Source: Minutocellus sp. GHC0000111 (Eukaryota). From it: DNA of 64,000 nucleotides. Of this stretch, positions 59,675 through 64,000 are shown one piece after another (within the stretch, counting starts at the first letter, position 1; each line of letters opens with the position of its first letter). The stretch covers positions 5,580,001 through 5,644,000 of the forward strand of contig OZ361256.1 of the NCBI GenBank assembly GCA_977018835.1. Reading direction: 5' to 3'. Both the position numbers and the translations under genes were made by a program. Under the pieces are notes generated by a model that was not told the DNA's origin, made no database searches, and saw only the letters and a list, made by a program, of their open reading frames with translations.

Positions 59675-60348
59675 GGTTCGATGGGCCGATGGATCAGTTC
59701 AGTTGATGACTTGACTTGGACTTGGACTGGAGGGCTTTGCCCACAACAATTGAACTTGCAATGGCGTATCGTATCCTGGGCTGGGCCGGCGTTCAGTTGC
59801 TCGACCGTCCGCCCAGGCTGACCACCCTGACCCTGCTTGCCACCCAACACACACCAAGATATGCCTTGCTTTGCGAGTGCAAGTATGGACAGGTCGAGGT
59901 TGGAACAGCAAAGGCTTGGGCTCCCTCTCGGCGGCACGTCTTGACAAAAATGAGGCAGGGCCATCGGCACATCTGGTTGAGAGATGAGAGAGACACCCGG
60001 CGAAGACGGCGTTCACTCCGGCCCCGGTCTCCGCTCCGGCATGCTTTCGTTCCACTTGCTCGGGTCAGCCGTACCGGTATCTTGTGACTGTCTGCATCAC
60101 CATCTCGGCCCTCCTTTGCTGCCAGCCAAGATCGTGTGGCGTGTGTTTGTGCTCGAATTTTCATAATTTATTGTGTGGGCGTATCTTTGGACCGACGCAA
60201 ACGGCACGGACGCATTGCGGAGGACCGTCAAGTTGTGCGTCCATAAAAATCAGTTGCTCGGATCATCAGACCTGATCGTAGAATAAAGCCGAGCAACGAT
60301 TGCGCACTTTAGTTTTGCAGGTTATTCGAATTCGAAGGAAGTGCAGGC

Positions 60349-63300
60349 ATGTTCAACTCGATTTTGAAGTCGCTGGGCGCTTCCGACTTAACAACGACGG
60401 GCGAGGACCAGGCAAGCAGCAGCGCAAACAACGCGAATCATCACCCGAACGATGGGAATGGCCTCGGCAGCCCGCGCATAGGCAACAGCAGTGGTGATGG
60501 AGGTGGCGCCCGTCGGTCCACGACCGGTGATGGAGCTGGCGAGCGTGAAGATGTCAGAGGAGGAGAAGGAGAAGAAGGTGGAGACGACGAGTTTCTAATT
60601 CAGTTCCCCCCGTACGGCACCAACGACGTTACGTCGGTGGCTTCCTATGGAGATGATGACGACGACGCGATGGCAAATTCCAATCATTACGGCGGTGCGG
60701 CTGGTGATGGTAGGGTGTCCGTAATGGGCGAATTGACCGATGGGAGCACTCATGGAGCCGGCGGGACGGTCGCCACCACGGCCACGGCGACGGCCACGAT
60801 TACCGCCACCGACGACCTGTCCTCCTCCTTCCGGCAGCATTCGCGTCAGTCGTCCTTCGCCGGGTCGGTCGTGGGAGGGGTCAACGCCACCGCCAGTGCC
60901 GGCACCGCCAGCATGGCCACCGCCGCGGCCCAGGCTCTCTTCGACCTGTCGGTGCTGCTCCCGGCGGCGTCGGCCACTGTCCCCCCGCATCCGCCGCCTC
61001 AGCAACAGTCTTTACCACAGCAATCGAGGAGGAATGCCAATGCCAATGCAGCAGCAGCAGGGCAAAGGGTAGATGCTTCGACGAACAATACTGTGCATCG
61101 GGTGGCAGGTGGTGGAGCCGGTAGAGATGATGGACTGCCCAAGCGGCAAAGTCAGGTTCAGGAGAACAACAACAAGAAAAACAAGACGAATCGGCACGTG
61201 CCTTGGGACGATGACGATGATATGGATCTGTGGCGGACTACGAGTACTAGTACTGCTGCTGCTGCACCCGAGAAGCAGCAGGAAGTTCGGACGCAACAAA
61301 CATTGTATGGCAGCATGTCCAGCAGTGGTGTCCGTGGTGATCCATACTTTTACACTTATGGAAGTGATGGCGAAGAGAGCAACATGCCACCGCCGTATGG
61401 TGTCAATGCTCGACCCTACATAAGGGATTGGTCCGCCGCCGCCATTGTGGCCGCAGCCGCATCTGCGCCGATGCGGCAGGCGCAGCAGCAGCAGCCCCGC
61501 CTTCCTACCGCAGAGAGGAGAGAGAAGAGGACAATCCGCACGTCTCTGACGGAATCGGTCGGGGACAGTGTAGAGGGCCAAGAGCTCTCGTCGCAGCTCC
61601 GGCAGCCACCGCCGAATACTGGTGCACTCGGCCAGTCCACATCGGATGGCGCCGTTGACGATGCCTCCCCCCAGGATGACGACAACGACGACCCCCTCTC
61701 GACAAGGCGGCACTGGATGCCCGACCGTCTCTGTCGGCACTGTTATTCGTGCGAGGCGCAATTCACCGTCTTCCGCCGCCGGCATCATTGTCGGCTTTGC
61801 GGCCAGGTGTTCTGTGCGGCATGTTCGGCGTACTTCATCAACGTGTCCGACCAGGCTACCGTTGATGCCGCCCCATCTCCTCCAGCGTTGGAGTCGGCGA
61901 CTTCCGCCGGTAGTACCACGTCGCCCACGGCAGCTTCGACTGCGGCAGACTCGGCAGCATCGGTCGGCGATCGACTTGAGCGGAAGAAGTCCCCAAGCCT
62001 GGAAGGCCGTGACCTCCATGGATCATCCAGTAGTGGGATTATCTCTACGAATGCACCAGCATCCCTGGCTGTTGCGGGGGAGTTATCGTCAGGCCAGCAA
62101 GCAGCCAACCCTTCTACGACAACAGCTTCTCGCAGAACAATAAGGGCATGCAAAATGTTCTATGATCAGGTCAGCGAGGCGGATTCTGGAGGTAGCAACA
62201 TGCTGTTTGGTCCCAACCGCGGTGGCCGGCCGGCTGCTCAACCGTCGCAGACTGCTGTTCCTCCGACGCCAACGCAGGGTACGACCGAAAGAGGAGTTGG
62301 TATCTTGCAAAGCCACCTTCGGCCCGAGGGAGCGCCAGACAAGGTTCAGAAGAAAAATGCGGAGGATGCCCAAGCTGAGGAATTGGCGAGGCAGGTTGAT
62401 GCCGAGTATGCAGCCGCCTTGGTTGGAAGCCCCCGAGCCACACCAGGTGATAAAGTGGCGCATCCGGCCCCATGCTGACGTCCGATGCCATTTCTTCTGC
62501 AAAAAGAGTGTCGGAGACACAGGCCCAGATGGGAACAAGATCACAAATCACTGATGCCAATCGACGGCTAGGGATGGCAGCGGCAAATCATTTGGAGAAG
62601 ATGGGCAAAGAGCTTCTACTCAGCGATGCTCCACTACTTCTGAAAGAGATTGGGTATACTCAATCATCTAGTGATCCTTGCGAAGAGGGTGTAGTTGCGG
62701 CGAGAGCCGAGCGGGATTTTTCTCGCTGGATTAGTACGCTTATGATGCACGCAACTCGATGCGTTCAGACTGTTCAGCAAAATGTGAAAGAGGGCGACCT
62801 TCTTGATATCCTCCCGTATTGCAAAGTAAAAGGTGAGCACGAGCGTATGACCTTTTGCAGCATGTCGGGCTTCCTCGCCTAATATTTTATCCTTTGTCTC
62901 ATGGCCATACTGCTTCTCTGTTTTGTTTGTGTTTTCGTATTTATCTCCCAACATCGTAGTGATTCCGGGTGGAACAATCTCCGATTGCGCGTACATGTCC
63001 GGTCTAATTTTTCGGAAGAATGTTAGCCACAAATCAATGGCACGGGAAATCAACAGACCAAGAATAATGCTGCTTTCGGGAGGGATTGAATTTTCCCGTG
63101 GCCAAACTCAACGCATGGCTTCGCTTGAAACCATAATGGAACAGGAAAATAAGTTCAAGCCCGATATTCTCTTCGTTGGCCGTTCGGTGAGCCGCAAGGC
63201 GCAAGAACTGCTCCTCAAAGCAAATGTTGTGTTATTTCAGCATGTCAAGTCATCTCTCATGTCCAAAATTTCGCGTCAGACCGGAGCAACCATATTGGCG

Positions 63301-64000
63301 AGCACTGATTACGTCCTCTTCCAGAAGAGTGTTCTCGGTACCTGTAAGCGCTTTCGTCTTGTCACCTTCAGGGACAATGAATCTTGGTCTGATACCAGCA
63401 ATGCGCCTGGTAGCAAGGGATCTGTCCAAAATATCCATGCCTTGTTGGCTCGCGAGGATCTTCCCAACCATCGCCGGCAAGCAGTCCTTGCGGCTGATGT
63501 CCTTGGCGAAGAAGTCAAGGATGGAAGCGACGCTGTGAGAGAAGGCCTTGCGAAGAGAGGTGTTGCCCTCACATACACCATGCTAGAGGGCTGCCCGAAA
63601 CATCTGGGGTGCACGGTTGTACTTCGAGGTGCTTCGAGGCCGGCACTGAAACAGGTAAAGCGTGTATTTCAGTTCATCGTCAACGTGGCATACAATCTGA
63701 GGCTCGAGACCAGCTACTTGAGGGAACGCCGTGCCATGCTCCCTCCCGACTATTTCCCGTCACCCAAGCTCAGCTGCAGCTCCTCCCTTTGCATTGATTA
63801 TGGCGAGCCTCCTCACGGGCGCAGAATTAAACCATGGAACGGCGGAAAGAACGATACCTCTCAACGGTCTCTATCGGGAAAGATCACCGCCTTTGATCAC
63901 CAGAGCATTCTTATCACGTCCGTATGGATGCTTGGTAAGAACCAGTGCTGCCCAGCCGAGGTGAAGGGCATATGCTACTACTCTGTGCAGGACGTGTCCT
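60349..64000 (+). CDS. FAB1: FAB1/PIKfyve PI3P 5-kinase, 3'-partial; frameshift at 62468-62471; intron 62833-62959
   Basis: FYVE 'WMPD..C..C...F..FRRRHHCRLCGQVFC..C'; Cpn60/TCP-1-like 'KVKVIPGG', 'KNVSHKSM', 'EGCPKHLGCTVVLRG'; CCR-like 'DHQSI'. Confidence 0.92.

Noticed and set aside
1501..62471. Programmed -1 frameshifting at 1501, 25699, 34608, 40078, 44232 and 62468
   Set aside because: Each break is fixed by adding one base to a homopolymer, in unrelated genes. This is typical of long-read consensus error and needs a read-level check.
1..64000. CRISPR arrays, rRNA, canonical tRNA, intact transposase or RT genes
   Set aside because: None recognised by eye.

Overview
Gene-dense eukaryotic nuclear DNA, most likely from a diatom. 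Evidence: short GT-AG introns, several bipartite plastid-targeting peptides ending in 'AF', a nucleus-encoded plastid rpl10 and a diatom-type LRR family. About 25 genes are present, including two sulfotransferases, a Zn-dehydrogenase, two ankyrin proteins, SNF8, COQ10, RTRAF, a G-patch protein, DUF179, rpl10, pyrimidine-nucleoside phosphorylase, a DCC/DUF393 protein, a complete ATM gene and the 5' part of FAB1/PIKfyve. Two regions are rearranged: an A-B-A-B-A tandem array (6.7-13.7 kb) and a patchwork of duplications carrying glycan-modifying genes (23.9-34.7 kb). Comparing duplicated copies by eye shows two genome-level processes. (1) Degenerate copies preferentially lose TpA dinucleotides (TA->TG/CA), the reverse of fungal RIP. 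(2) Short TA-flanked palindromes (TACATGTA, TAGGCCTA, TACCTAGGTA, TAGGAATTCCTA) recur, and some are demonstrably insertions at TA sites, resembling transposon excision footprints. Also seen: a dispersed 138-bp double-hairpin element, a tRNA-like element lacking an anticodon arm, and a possible DCC-FTRalpha fusion. Several single-base frameshifts in homopolymers are probably assembly errors. All alignments and counts were made by eye; no searches were run.
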